38,536 bases of DNA, taken from positions 1 to 38,536 of the forward strand of contig JAVECO010000203.1 in NCBI GenBank assembly GCA_051942205.1, in the 5' to 3' direction. This stretch comes from Coniocarpon cinnabarinum. Lineage: Eukaryota. Below the pieces are notes generated by a model, which saw only the letters and a list, made by a program, of their open reading frames with translations, had not been told where the DNA came from and made no database searches. Shown in pieces: positions 21,963 through 33,800 of the stretch; within the stretch, counting starts at the first letter, position 1; every line of letters starts with the position of its first letter. The position numbers were made by a program, and so were the translations under genes.

Positions 21963-22380
21963 ATGGAAGGATATCACTTCTTAAATAGGAATCTGCCTCC
22001 TACGCTCTATTGCGTACAGTATCGGGGTGCACGACAACCCTGTTGCTTGGCAGCCATATTGCCCCCGAAACTTTGAGGACTTTCCACTCCAACAAGATTT
22101 AAAAGTTCAAGGAGTCAAACGTCGCCCAATTTACCTGGATAAATAGGACTTATACGCCTTACATTGCGATGTTTTCATTTTTAGATCACGCTACGAGGTG
22201 GGCGATGAGATGGTCGCAACGGAATGGCGAATGCGAATGCCAGTTCTTCTCGATTCTTACACTGAATATGCCCAACGCCGTTGTTTTCAAACTCAGCGAG
22301 CTGGTACAGAGACTAGAGATCGAAATTTCTGCCGGGGTAGATTGATGCGAAGCTATTTCATCCTGGCCACAGGCTGTTGA
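21963..22380 (+). pseudogene. Small DUF7587-like fungal protein relic (possibly ADP-ribosyltransferase-like fold)
   Basis: MEGYHFLNRNLPPTLYCVQY, then a frameshift, then QFTWINRTYTPYIAMFSFLDHATRWA...VVFKLSELVQRLEIEI. This matches the LYRV / HL.W....TPFIS.F...HA..WA pattern. Confidence 0.55.
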
Positions 22381-25300
22381 GTCAATTGTAGTATGATAAG
22401 CTCGGACTCTGATGCTGCAGAAGGTAAGACGTAACTAGCCTTACTAGGCCAATCACATGACCCACATAGACATACGGTTTTCGTAAATGACTTTTTTGCC
22501 GCTTATAGCTATTACATGCTGACACTTCCGCGTGCGGTTCAATTGAAAAGATATAGGACGCTATCACAAAGGGTAAGTCATTCTTAACTAGCCGTGTCGC
22601 TGTAATCGTTATAGGCCTGGCCTCAAACCGGATTACACATAACGGTCACACGAGCTAACTGCATTGTCTGTCACAACCAGGACCTGAGAGAATGGTTATT
22701 CATATCCACTGGAGGCGCGCACACTTCACATCTAAAGACAAAGATTTGAAGGATTTTATCAAGAATGACATCAATCGTTCAAGCTTGACGTACCAGTATG
22801 CTGTAGACTCGGCAGACGGAGTTAGTTGGCTAGGATGCGAAGTGATTAAAGGTTGGCATTGGACACCAGGAGAGGTAGACGAGCATTTCACTTGCCATCT
22901 TTGCAGCGAGAGAAACGGTCTAGATACATACCATGGATTGTATCGCCGAATTAGACGAAAAATCAAGACAGTGCATGTCTACAGGGATGGAAGTGATTCA
23001 TTGACACGTCAAAATTGCTGACCTCATTTACAACGAGAGGGGATATAAAGTTAGCCAAACTTATTAATATATTGCTAAGATATTCTGCTATGTTGTATCA
23101 CCTGATATGGAAGGCACTAACCGGTCAATGCCTTATGGTCTGGAAGGATTTTGCTGAGGCGGACTCTTCTCACGCTGTCAAACACAACACTGCGCTTATC
23201 TGATGGTAGGTGACCTATACGGGCTCCCGGATCGGAGAGCGACGTGCAGTTCGTGAATATGCTTATACCAGAGTGTAAATGCTCTGCGTCACAGTAACAG
23301 AATGTTTCAAGAGAATTGGAAGAGAAGGGTCCTTTCCAAGCTCGCGGAACTGACTGAATGTTCCACGACCGTTGGTCCAAGACGCTTCTCCAACCACGTG
23401 GTCGTGAAGCTGGAATCGTCCTTGTTCGATTGCATTCAGTTGCAACATTATCACTTCTTCTCACCCGAGGCCGTCAAGCGACTACACGTGCCTGCGTCGA
23501 ATAGTATTACGTCGGGCAAACTTAGGATTTAGTTCACTTACTCTCAGTTCGAGAGATATATAGTCACAAATGCTTTGGGAGTAACATACATGCTTACCTC
23601 AACTAAGCTATTTCTGCTCCTAGGGTCTATCACGCGCTGAGTGATCGAAGACCCTAACTAGGATTTTGCGTGAGGCCGAGATACTCGTTATCTTGGAGCC
23701 ACGCTGCCGTCGCAATTCCCACGGCGTTTCTGCCGAGACCTCATCGAGCTTCTGCTTTGTACGGGATAGTTAGTCTTTCGAAGACATGACTCGCGTCACA
23801 CTGTTGTCAAAATCTTGCTGTAATCTCTGGGCACGCTCGCCCTTCAGCGGTATTTTGCAGATCCTTCTCCCGACTAGTGGCTGCTCTTGCCATTTCACGC
23901 AGTTGTGCACGCGATCCTTCCTTACTCGCCTGTATATTTAACGTCTCTTGTCGCGCATTTTCGACCTTTTGATCGACTCCTCGAACTTCTGCTCGCAGGG
24001 AGTCGTGTCGCTGCCTAGCACCTGCGCAGAGACTGGCCCTGGCGATGGCTGCACGCTTGGCTCTGGAGATGATTGCTAACCCAGCCTTGTAGCGTCATTA
24101 TATGAGCGATCAGTTATGAAGACGTACAGACCGAACCGATGCAAGATAGTGTACCTTGCAAAGGCCGAGGTGAGGCCTCGCGAGCGGACTGACGGCGCGG
24201 CCACGCGAAGGGCATCCTACTGTCTGTCACGTGATTTTCTCTCGTGGCAATGTTGTCACAATATCGCAACGACCATCCAGGGCCTAACAGTGTCAGGATG
24301 AGGCCACGATGGCTGCCAGACCCTCGGCCAAGAGCACACGACGACGTAAGAAGCCTGATGAAGATCTCCACAATGTCTGATCTTCCTCAGGGATGTCGAG
24401 TCTGGTGGCCATCTCGTGTGCGTCCGCAAGCGACAGTCACTCGAGGAGATGAAAGATGTTCGAACATCTATCCCAGACTGTAACACCGACCTCCTATCTT
24501 GAAGCAGTTCTCTATTTTGAGGCGCAAGTTTTGCAGTGACGATTGTAACGATTGCGAAGGCTCGAGTGGCACATCCAAGACGGCATCTATACAGAACACG
24601 TCGTTCGGGAGGCGTCCTGCATCGGATAGAAACGCAAGGGCGGGATAATCGCGTCGCTATTGGACGCCGTCTATAGGTTGAGTATCTTCAGTTGAAAAGG
24701 CGACTGGCTCGGGATGAACCAGTAAAAAGAATGTATTATATTTGTTGCCAATGTCTAAACTCATACTTATGGAAGTAGATTGAAGAACACGACTGCGTAG
24801 CGCTTGTAGTGGCGCTTTAAATTATACAATCTCCTGCTCATTTGTCTCTTCAGGTTGAAAGCTTCCCCTAAGCATTTTAAAGACTATTTAGGCGTTAGCG
24901 GGCTTTATCCGCATCGCAAGAATCTCCTCACCGAAACTGCTCCCTAAAAAAGGCTGCGACCTTATTTTTCTAATCGCGTTCTTATTACATGTCCGCCCCG
25001 TCAATAGAGACCTTAAAACTTGAAGATGGCTACTGACAGCCTTTCTAGCGACGAAGGCCTAATTATGGTTGTGCTTTGATCTAGGGGTGATTTGTGCGAA
25101 ATTATTACCTACAGCATCTTGCAGATACTAAGCTATCAACTTATTGCGACCCTTAATTGTAACGTTATCAAGCTTATACGGCGCTCTCCCGTGGAGAGGG
25201 GTTAGGTGAGTAGCGAGCGTTATATACTGCCGTATTAGATACTTCGCGTACATCAAATATACTATGTAGTGAACCTATCTTTCTAAAACGTCTCCCCTAC

Positions 25301-27134
25301 GAGTTTTAGCTAGCAAATGTTCTTCCTTCCCGGTGCTTACTTCTTCCTTACTTGTGGCCGGTATTTCTAATACGCTTTATTTACATCACGTTCGCTAATT
25401 AGTCTCGTACAGTTATTTTACAGACTCTATATTAGGGCTTATAAAAGTGCTTGAGGCTCGCTGATAGCAACACTTGGAAGTATTAGCTAAATTATCCGAT
25501 TTATGTGTGTCTAAAGGGTCGAATATTGATAAAGAGAGACAGGTGACAAGTGATTACGCCCTGTCGAAGCTAATACTAAGAAGGAGATAAAGTATTGGTA
25601 AAGGATGGGTTCAAATGGCCAACAGGGCCCTTCGAATCAGCACTGCAATAGAGAATGCCGTAAGTCTGACGAGTGAGGGAAGCCGAGACTAAAGCGATTC
25701 TGAGAGCGTATCGATTTCGTCTGTTGACATCTACGCCTTACAATCTTAGACCTGTTAGTAACCTCACGTAGCAGAAGAACGCTTAGCGAAGTATGGAGTC
25801 GCGTAGGATGAGATTCACGGTCTCGAGAGCGGTCAGTCTATCCCTAAGTTGCATGCCTCAAGAAAATTCTCAGTGCGGATGAGACGAGCGTAATCAAAAT
25901 ATAGGGTCATCGCGCATTCCCCACCTGTCAAATATGCGTCTGGAGGGCTGGTCGCAGAAAAATCTTTTGTCACATTGACATGCTCGATTTGCTGTTGGTC
26001 TGAATGGTCCTTCTCGCTGTACTGGGTTATCATTGATGTTAAGGTCGTGCAATGTTCGGATGTGTTGAGATTATACGACAAAGTGAGCAGCATTGGCGGA
26101 TGGCAGCTCTGTCCGAGTCACTGTAGAGCGAGCATCGCAGAAAGGATCGCCACGAATGATTATTATTCCCTTTTGCGCCGGTACTCCATTCTGCAGCCGC
26201 GCTGCTAATATAGCAAGAAGCATTTAGGGTTAATGGCAACGCCATTTTCTCTTTCTCTTTCGACCTATTCACTGCCCACAACGATCCTAGCTTTTGGCCA
26301 CACTATCGAGTCTCTTAGGATATCAGACGGCGCTAGACCATAGATAGAGCCTAGCTCGCTTAGTACGGGGCTGCGCGAGTGTTGCATTGCAATCAGATGA
26401 TGCGCCCTAGTGTCCTTAATTAACCGCTGTTAAGGTTTTTAACTAATGAAGCTACCTGCCTAGATAGTGGACACCAGGATGTGGCGTACAGACACTGTGG
26501 GAAGATAGATGAAGCAGGCTCATGGGTCCAATGGAGCTGGAGTCCTGTCCAATGCGAGCAGCGCGACTAGGAAGCTTTCTGCCAAGAGGTGTTGAAGGAA
26601 AGGCAGCCGCAGAGGCCGCGCATAACGCGTGACATCTATACTGCTTGTCAGAGCAAGCTAGTGGCTTGCCCTGCAGGGCGCTACTAGTGCAAGTCAAACG
26701 GCAAGTCAACATGCTGCTATGTCAGGCAAGCTTTTTTTCTGCGCCATAGGTATGTGTTAATCGCCGGCTCCTCCTCATGCACTCTAATCCGTATGCAGTA
26801 AGGCGCGCTGCTGCGTAACATCAAGGCCTCTTCTCTGCAAACCACGACATCTGTCGCTGCTCATTTTCCGTCTGGCATCCCAAATAAATGTTCTGTCAAG
26901 ATGCAGCTATCCGAAATGAGCTTGTCCCCACCCAATGCCCTGGATTTGCGCGTTCAGGCGGGAGGGCCGTGGGAAAGGGAAAAAAAAAGTTGGAAAACCT
27001 TTAGAAGAGCGCAATCCACCTGTCTTCTCTACTTTCTTGATCTTCTTCGCAGAATTGGCGTTTGCGCTCTACAATAACGGTGTTTTGACCACGAGCTTGT
27101 AGGAGAGGCTTAGTTTCAAGTTCTAAATCTGTTC

Positions 27135-28122
27135 ATGGAACATCATAATGAGGAGCCTGGCCCTTACTATGCGCAATTCGCACGAGCGCAAATTCCTCGC
27201 AATGGCGTTCACTACTCCAGCCGGTCCCATCAAAAAGAACCTTCCCATCATCGTGTAGTAGCTTACGATAACGAGCCTCGCATGGAAGAAGGGCCGAAGC
27301 CATCACGCATGCGCACATCTGTTGCGGTTAGCGAACTCTTGAGACTTGTCCGAACGTTGTATTAACTCCTGCAGTGCACGCGGTGTAGGAAGAGAAAAAT
27401 CAAATGCAGTGGAAGCATTGGGGAAGCAGGATGTGAAGCTTGTCAGCATTTTTCGAAAGGCAACGACGCACAACCATGTACTTTTGCGCGGGTAAGATAC
27501 TTTTCTTTTCTTTTCTCGGCCGTGCACGCATCGATAGTGATACTGATGATTCTATATATTATAGGTTGGAGCTCAAGATTTGAATGTCTTTGAAGGTGTT
27601 GAAGGGACCGTGGCTACCCGCATTCTTGGGAACGCACCCAACCCAGCAGCTTTTCCTACCTTTGGACTATCTGCCCCCTATGACTTTACTGCCGGAAAGA
27701 TTGATCCAGGACGGGCACACAAAGGCTGTCCAAATACATCACTTCCAGGTTTTTGGAAGGTTGTGAACGGTGTGCAACACGTGGCAGCTCTAGACCGGCG
27801 AGGGAACTTCTTTGACTTCCAGAATCACCTCTTCCCCGGAACCTCAATGCCAATCGCAACTCTCCCTGAACAAGACCCTCCTCGTCCACCTTACATCCAT
27901 CACGCCGACCATTGCATACCTGTGCTTGCGACCTCATTGGATAGCCTTGGATACAGTCCGGTTCCAAGTCGCCAGCTCCAAAGCTACCCTCCGTACGACT
28001 GCAGTCCTCATTCACTCCAGTGTCTAATTGGAGCACCGCAGCATATATCAAGCGCCTTTAGACCTGTAATAGCGCCTATGCGAGACGTTGACTTACGTCC
28101 TACGTCCGTTTCTTACAGCTAG
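27135..28122 (+). CDS. Zn(II)2Cys6 transcription factor, 288 aa, 3 exons: 27135-27326, 27375-27491, 27565-28122
   Basis: The spliced product reads RTSVA|CTRCRKRKIKCSGSIGEAGCEACQHFSKGNDAQPCTFAR|VG. Both introns are GT-AG and phase 0, with branch-like TTAAC/CTGAT. The C-terminus is Pro-rich, and the stop may be RIP-derived. Confidence 0.85.
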
Positions 28123-30352
28123 AACCCTAAGTACGCAGATACACCCCCTTTCTCGACGTCACGCAATTAACAGAGAGAGCGATAATGCTTAATTTAGTAT
28201 TAATAACGCCTATATGCTTAGTAGCAGGAGTATAACAAGGGGCGGCACAACAATATACGGCCTCTATAGCAATTATCAAGGAAGCTTAACAACAAAATGA
28301 GCAACAACCGTAAAAGTCGTGCTATAGGAGCTATAGTGTATATGAGCACATTATGAGGGCATTTCTTAGCTTGTGCCAATATAGAGGAATAAGTTTTGGT
28401 TTCAATTAATAAAATTTTAACAAATGTTAACAAATTATCTACTAAGACGGCAGATGCTAAGATATATAGTAGCCTTTTTGAATATTTATAAGCTTAGCTA
28501 ATATCTTAATAAAGAGCTTAGAAATACTAGCGCCTATTCTAGCCTTAGAAGAGAAATAGGAACACTCCTAGAAGTCCTTATATTAACCTTATTATTAAAA
28601 TTCCCTAGAGAGTAATAATAGTTGTCTAGTAGCGTTAAGTTAATGCTATATAGCACTTCTTAATCTGCCCTTATAATACTTAAGCTAATCTATTTTATAT
28701 CTTTTTATATTAATTGCTATACTTCTTGCTTAAGTAATTAACACTAGCTCTAACTTACTTGCTTTAGAAGTACCCTCTACTTATAAGTCCTCTATATCTT
28801 TAAGAAAAAAGATACACTTAGGGCGTATATAGATATAAATATAGATCTAATTTTATAGGTAAGCCTTAGAATAGTCTCTATAAAAGCTACTTAGATAGTA
28901 TTAGTAGCTATAGACTACTTTAAGATAGGCCGAATAACGCTAGCTTACTAGCTATATTATTATATAACTAAGCTATAATTTAAAGGGTTATTAGACTGTT
29001 TCCTATTATAAGACAAACTATAATAAAACTAAAGCTAAGGTAGAAAAATAATTTTAACTTCTTATAAGCGCTAAGTTGTAGCTACTAGACTCTATAGATA
29101 GGGATTATAAGCGTCTAAAGACTTAGTATAATATAGAGAACGCCTAAAACGATCTTAAGTTATATAGTAGTATTGCTAGACCGCCTACTAGCTCTAGAAT
29201 CTACGACGTAAGCAGTCTAAAGGCCCTAAGCTGCTGCAAACAATATAGCTAGAAGCTATAGCATATCTATAACAAGAAGGCTACTTAACCCCTAACTAGG
29301 TAACGTTAAGGGGGCCTTAAGCGTCTAGACGTAAAAAAAGACTACAGCGATACGTAATAGCGTGCAACCAAGATTTAAGACAAGACGCGCGGTGTAAATC
29401 ACCTTGGGATCGCCTTAAGTAGGAGACTCGGCCCCTTTAATTAATTGTAGACGATAGCTTAATATAATAACTAAAATACACTAGGCGCCTAGAACAAGCT
29501 GTTTATTAGCTAAATTAGACGTATAAGCAGGAAACTAAGTATTAAATTGCGTACCTAAGCTATAGCGATAATAACGTTATTCTAGTAGCATCTTTTTTGC
29601 TAAGGCAACAAGGCTCTAGACTAGAGATATGTAGCATAAAGAATACCTATAATAATAATAACTGCAATCATAGATAGTGCTAGAGTAGTTTAATTTATAT
29701 TCTTGGTTATTACTATTTTAACAACAACTTCTTAGAACGAGACCTCTATCGTCGTCGTATCTGTACTGATTACGCAACAATGAGACGCTTATGGCACAAG
29801 CTTAAGGGGCATTGCATTATTATCTTGTTCCCTTTGTGTTTAGAAGTTCATTCACATATGCCTCGGCGCTAACAAAGGTCAGCTGATTATTTCGTCTTTG
29901 TACAGCAGAAAGTCGAGCTATAGCTTTTACGCATTCCTTTGCAATTGTCTAGACTCTATTGATAGTTTACGTAACCCTTCCTCGAACTACATTTATCAGG
30001 TGTTTTGTAGTGCAAGCTGAGGTCCGGGGCGTAAGAAGAAATAGAGTGTAGGTATTGCCCGAACGTTACCGTATTATAGGCGTTACGCAAATAATTAGGG
30101 AAGCTTTATAAGAGATGCGCAAGAGCGATTCTGTCCGAGACACCTCAAGTTCCGAATAGCATCGTTATGAACTCCCTTGGTGTGAGTCTTAGCAAACATG
30201 ACTGAGATGAGATTGGGAAGATTGGATGAGGTTGGCTTGTCCACTAGATGCGACTTTCTGGAAATTTGTTCAAGATGAGATTTGCTACCTCCTCAAACAT
30301 GGGCTAAAGCGTTACTCGATTGTATTCCTTTGCACTTTGCTCGAATTGCCCG

Positions 30353-30860
30353 TTACGGACTATGGTTCAATTCAGAGTCCCAAGGTGCTGTATCTCTGTG
30401 CCTGTTGCTCCTCTGCAATGTTGGGTCCCTGTGACCGCCATTGCTCCCAGCTGCCTTCTTTTGGGACTGCAATTCTTTGTATCTTTTTGAGCATGCTTGT
30501 GCTGAGAAGAATGAGCCACCATTGTCTTAAAGAAATTGTTTAATCTTCTGCTACGGCAACGGACCCCTCCTCCGTCGATTTGTAGCGGCACTCTTCTGTT
30601 TTTAAGCCTTATTAACTCTGCTAAGAAGTAACTTATCCTATATAGAGTATAAGTAACTTTCTAATATAATAAAAATATTTTAGTAAGCTTATATTGCTTA
30701 GTGACTATTAAGAATTCCTAGGCCATACTTTTTTAAGCTTAGTTAATATATAATATTACCTATATAGTATACTAAGTAGCCCTTAAAAATAAATCTGCTT
30801 TCTAATTTCCTTATATCTTACTAGTAGGCTCTAAGCTTAAGCTTTAAGTAAGTACTACTT
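30353..30860 (-). pseudogene. Myb/SANT-like protein relic (C-terminal part), RIP-inactivated
   Basis: As read: YKEIRKQ..F*GLLSILYR*YYILTKLKKVWPRNS**S, a 55-bp intron (30692-30638), then DKLLLSRV...LP*QKIKQFL*DNGGSFFSAQACSKRYKEL. Reversing transitions gives STLRGRYRTLTKPKE.R.R.P.W and PW..I...NGGS.F...C.K.Y.EL. Confidence 0.75.
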
Positions 30861-33800
30861 CTATACTTTATTTAGACTACCTAAAGGTAAAGCGTCTAAG
30901 ATTATAGATTATACCGCTCTAATAGGCTTAATTATAATGCTATATATAGAGTTTAACTTATTAGTTCTAGTTACTAGTAAGGCTAGACAAGGCTAAAGTT
31001 TATAGATAGAAGTATTAGAGACAAATAGTAGTACGTTTAGTACTTATTACTAGGCAGAATTTTATAATTAGCGTAAGAATAAGCTTAGGCGATCGATAGG
31101 GAAATATTAAGGCTAAATATTAGAGAATAATACGCCTACAGCTAAGATTAATAAGAGGAAAGAAGCTAGATAAGGCTTAGGGCTATTACTATTAAGGGAC
31201 ACCTTTTCTACTAGTTTGTATAGGTTTAGCGATCTTAATTTAGTAGAGTAAGTTAGCTTTATTTATTAATAAAGACTATCTTATAGCATATTGTTAGGCT
31301 AGGATATAGTATATATTAGAAAAGATAGATTAAGTAGGTACATAGAGAGAGTAGTAGGCAGTAGATACGCTCTACCTATATTAGATATAAAAGGTATCCT
31401 ATACTACTAAAAATTCTATAAGCCTATTTTAACTAGATAGGCTTCTACTTAAGCGAAGGGTATTTTTAGGTTCTCTCCCTATAGAACCCTAGCTAGCCGC
31501 CCTATTTCTAGGAGTACTTAAAGACTAGGTTAAATATAGCTATACAAAAAACTTAAGGCGAACATATACGACTTAGGCTAGCTATTTAAAGCTATATTAG
31601 GATTAGGCAGGTCTACTAGAGGATAATTTAAATATATAGCGGCTAGATTAGCCTAGCTAAAGCTTTGCTAGCTTTAGAAAGTATCCTTAAATTTATAACT
31701 ACTAATAGAGGGTAGAACATTATAGTTACTATCTTCTAAAGTGTACTAACGATTAATAATACTATATAGAGCTTATATAGGGCAACAATTTATATAACTA
31801 TTAGTTTAATTAATAGTAGGTAATACTTATATATCTAAAAAGATCTAGGCTAAGAATAGGTTATCTTTAGATATATTATAGTTAATAAATATTTTATATT
31901 ACTTATATCTTAACTACTAGATAGAGATATATAGCTATTCTTCTAGTTACTATCTTAGAGATAGGTACTATATCTTAAAGGTAGCAGATAAAGATCTTAT
32001 AAGATAAGGAGCTAAGATTATTGCCTTATTAGGTACTTTTAACCTTAGCCTTAATAGTTAGCTATTAGCTATATATAAAAATAAACGTTTAATATAGCAC
32101 TACTCTAATTTATTCTAGAGCTAGTAGTTAGTATACCTTATAATATACAAATAGATAAAAGAAGTATATATTTGTTAGCATTAGTATACTTAAGAGGTAG
32201 CAAGGCTATAGAAATTAATTAACTTAGGCCTATAATATTTTAACTAGCTAGCCTATAATAAGTTAAAGCTTCTCTAGATAAGAATTATTAAGATATAGGT
32301 TTATTGCCTTGCACCTTTAAGGGCACTTCTAAGACTAGAGGAATTATACTATTATTTATTAGAGGGCTGCTTCTTTTTATAGGTGTAGATTTAATTTATA
32401 TATTACCTAAAAGTTAAGGCTTATACTAAATATTATATCTTTATATTAGGCTAGAAGTAAGACTTAGACAAGTAATAATCTAAAATATAATAGTTTTAAA
32501 TTTTTATTAAGATTAGCAGTAGTCGCTAATTTCTTAAGCGCTATATAGTTAAGACAAAGTAGTAGTAGAGAAGTATTTAGAGAAATTTAACAGCTTTATA
32601 TTATATAGACAGCAGTTATCTATATAATCCTAAAGTTATTAAAGGTTTCTATTTAATATATGCTATAGAGAAGTATTTAAACTAGGATTACGAGAGGTTT
32701 ATAGTTATATAAATTAATACTATATATGTACCCTATCTAATATAAAAGCGGTTACAGAGATTTTTGTAGGGTATATAGGAAGCTATAGTAGTTATAGTTA
32801 CACGCCGCTACAAGGCTTAGAATCTAGTTGTTACAATGTTAATCGTTGTAGCCTGTTCACGTCGCTAGGCTTTGTAATGCCACTACTAACAAATTCAGCG
32901 CACCTTTCTAATTTACATATAGCCAAAGTAGGCTTTATAGATTGTAATTCCCTTTATATAAGCGTAAGTTACGCTAATCTATTTGTAGTTTAGACTATAT
33001 ATCTACTATTATAGCCTTTCCTTTAAAGCGGCTAATAATATATAAGAGTATTTAATCTAATTAGGCGGTTAACCTAGCGTATTAATAAGCAAGGGTTCTA
33101 AATCTATTATAAAGAGTAGATACGCTTAGTAGAATAGGCTATAGATAGTTATAAGAGGCGTTAACAATATTATATTTAAAAGATTAGTAGCTCTTATGTG
33201 TAGCGTTTATAGTACCTATAATACCTATAAATACTACGCGTAAATATAGTACGCCTTATATATAACTAAAGAGCCTACCTTATAAATAAAGCCTCCTTTC
33301 TATTTAAAAATCTTTTATATCTAAAATAGACTTTATTTCTCTTATACTTACTAATATACTAACATAATTTTTACTATTGCCTTAAGTATCTTAGTAAACA
33401 GGTTACCTAGCTTAGGAGGATTAATTTTACTATAACAACTTTACTTTTTTTCTTAGCTTAAGCAATATCTATTCTATATAATATACGTAGCAAGACTAAA
33501 GGTAGGAAAGCTATACTAAAACTCTTAAAAAGGAATAAGCTCTATAAAGAAATATCTATACTATTATCTATCTTAAATATTTTAAGGGAGATCTGCCGTC
33601 TCTTTTATACGTTATAAATTTAGTCTAACTAATATAATTTCTAATACTTATACTTTCTATATCTACTCTATATAAACAATAATAAAGAGCTTTATAGATA
33701 AAGATTATAGCTTATAACTTAAGTAGTAGAGAATAAAGTAGATTTTAAACCTGTTGTAAGTTAATAGACTATAGGTCCGCTATAAGGGTAGACTCTAGCA

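Noticed and set aside
23100..26750. Many short ORFs and partly RIPed coding-like stretches
   Set aside because: No family motif or consistent gene model could be built.
31500..32100. Possible HNH endonuclease relic (VDLPNP motif)
   Set aside because: No convincing AHI.P or N...L...H motifs are in frame; left as an unidentified relic.
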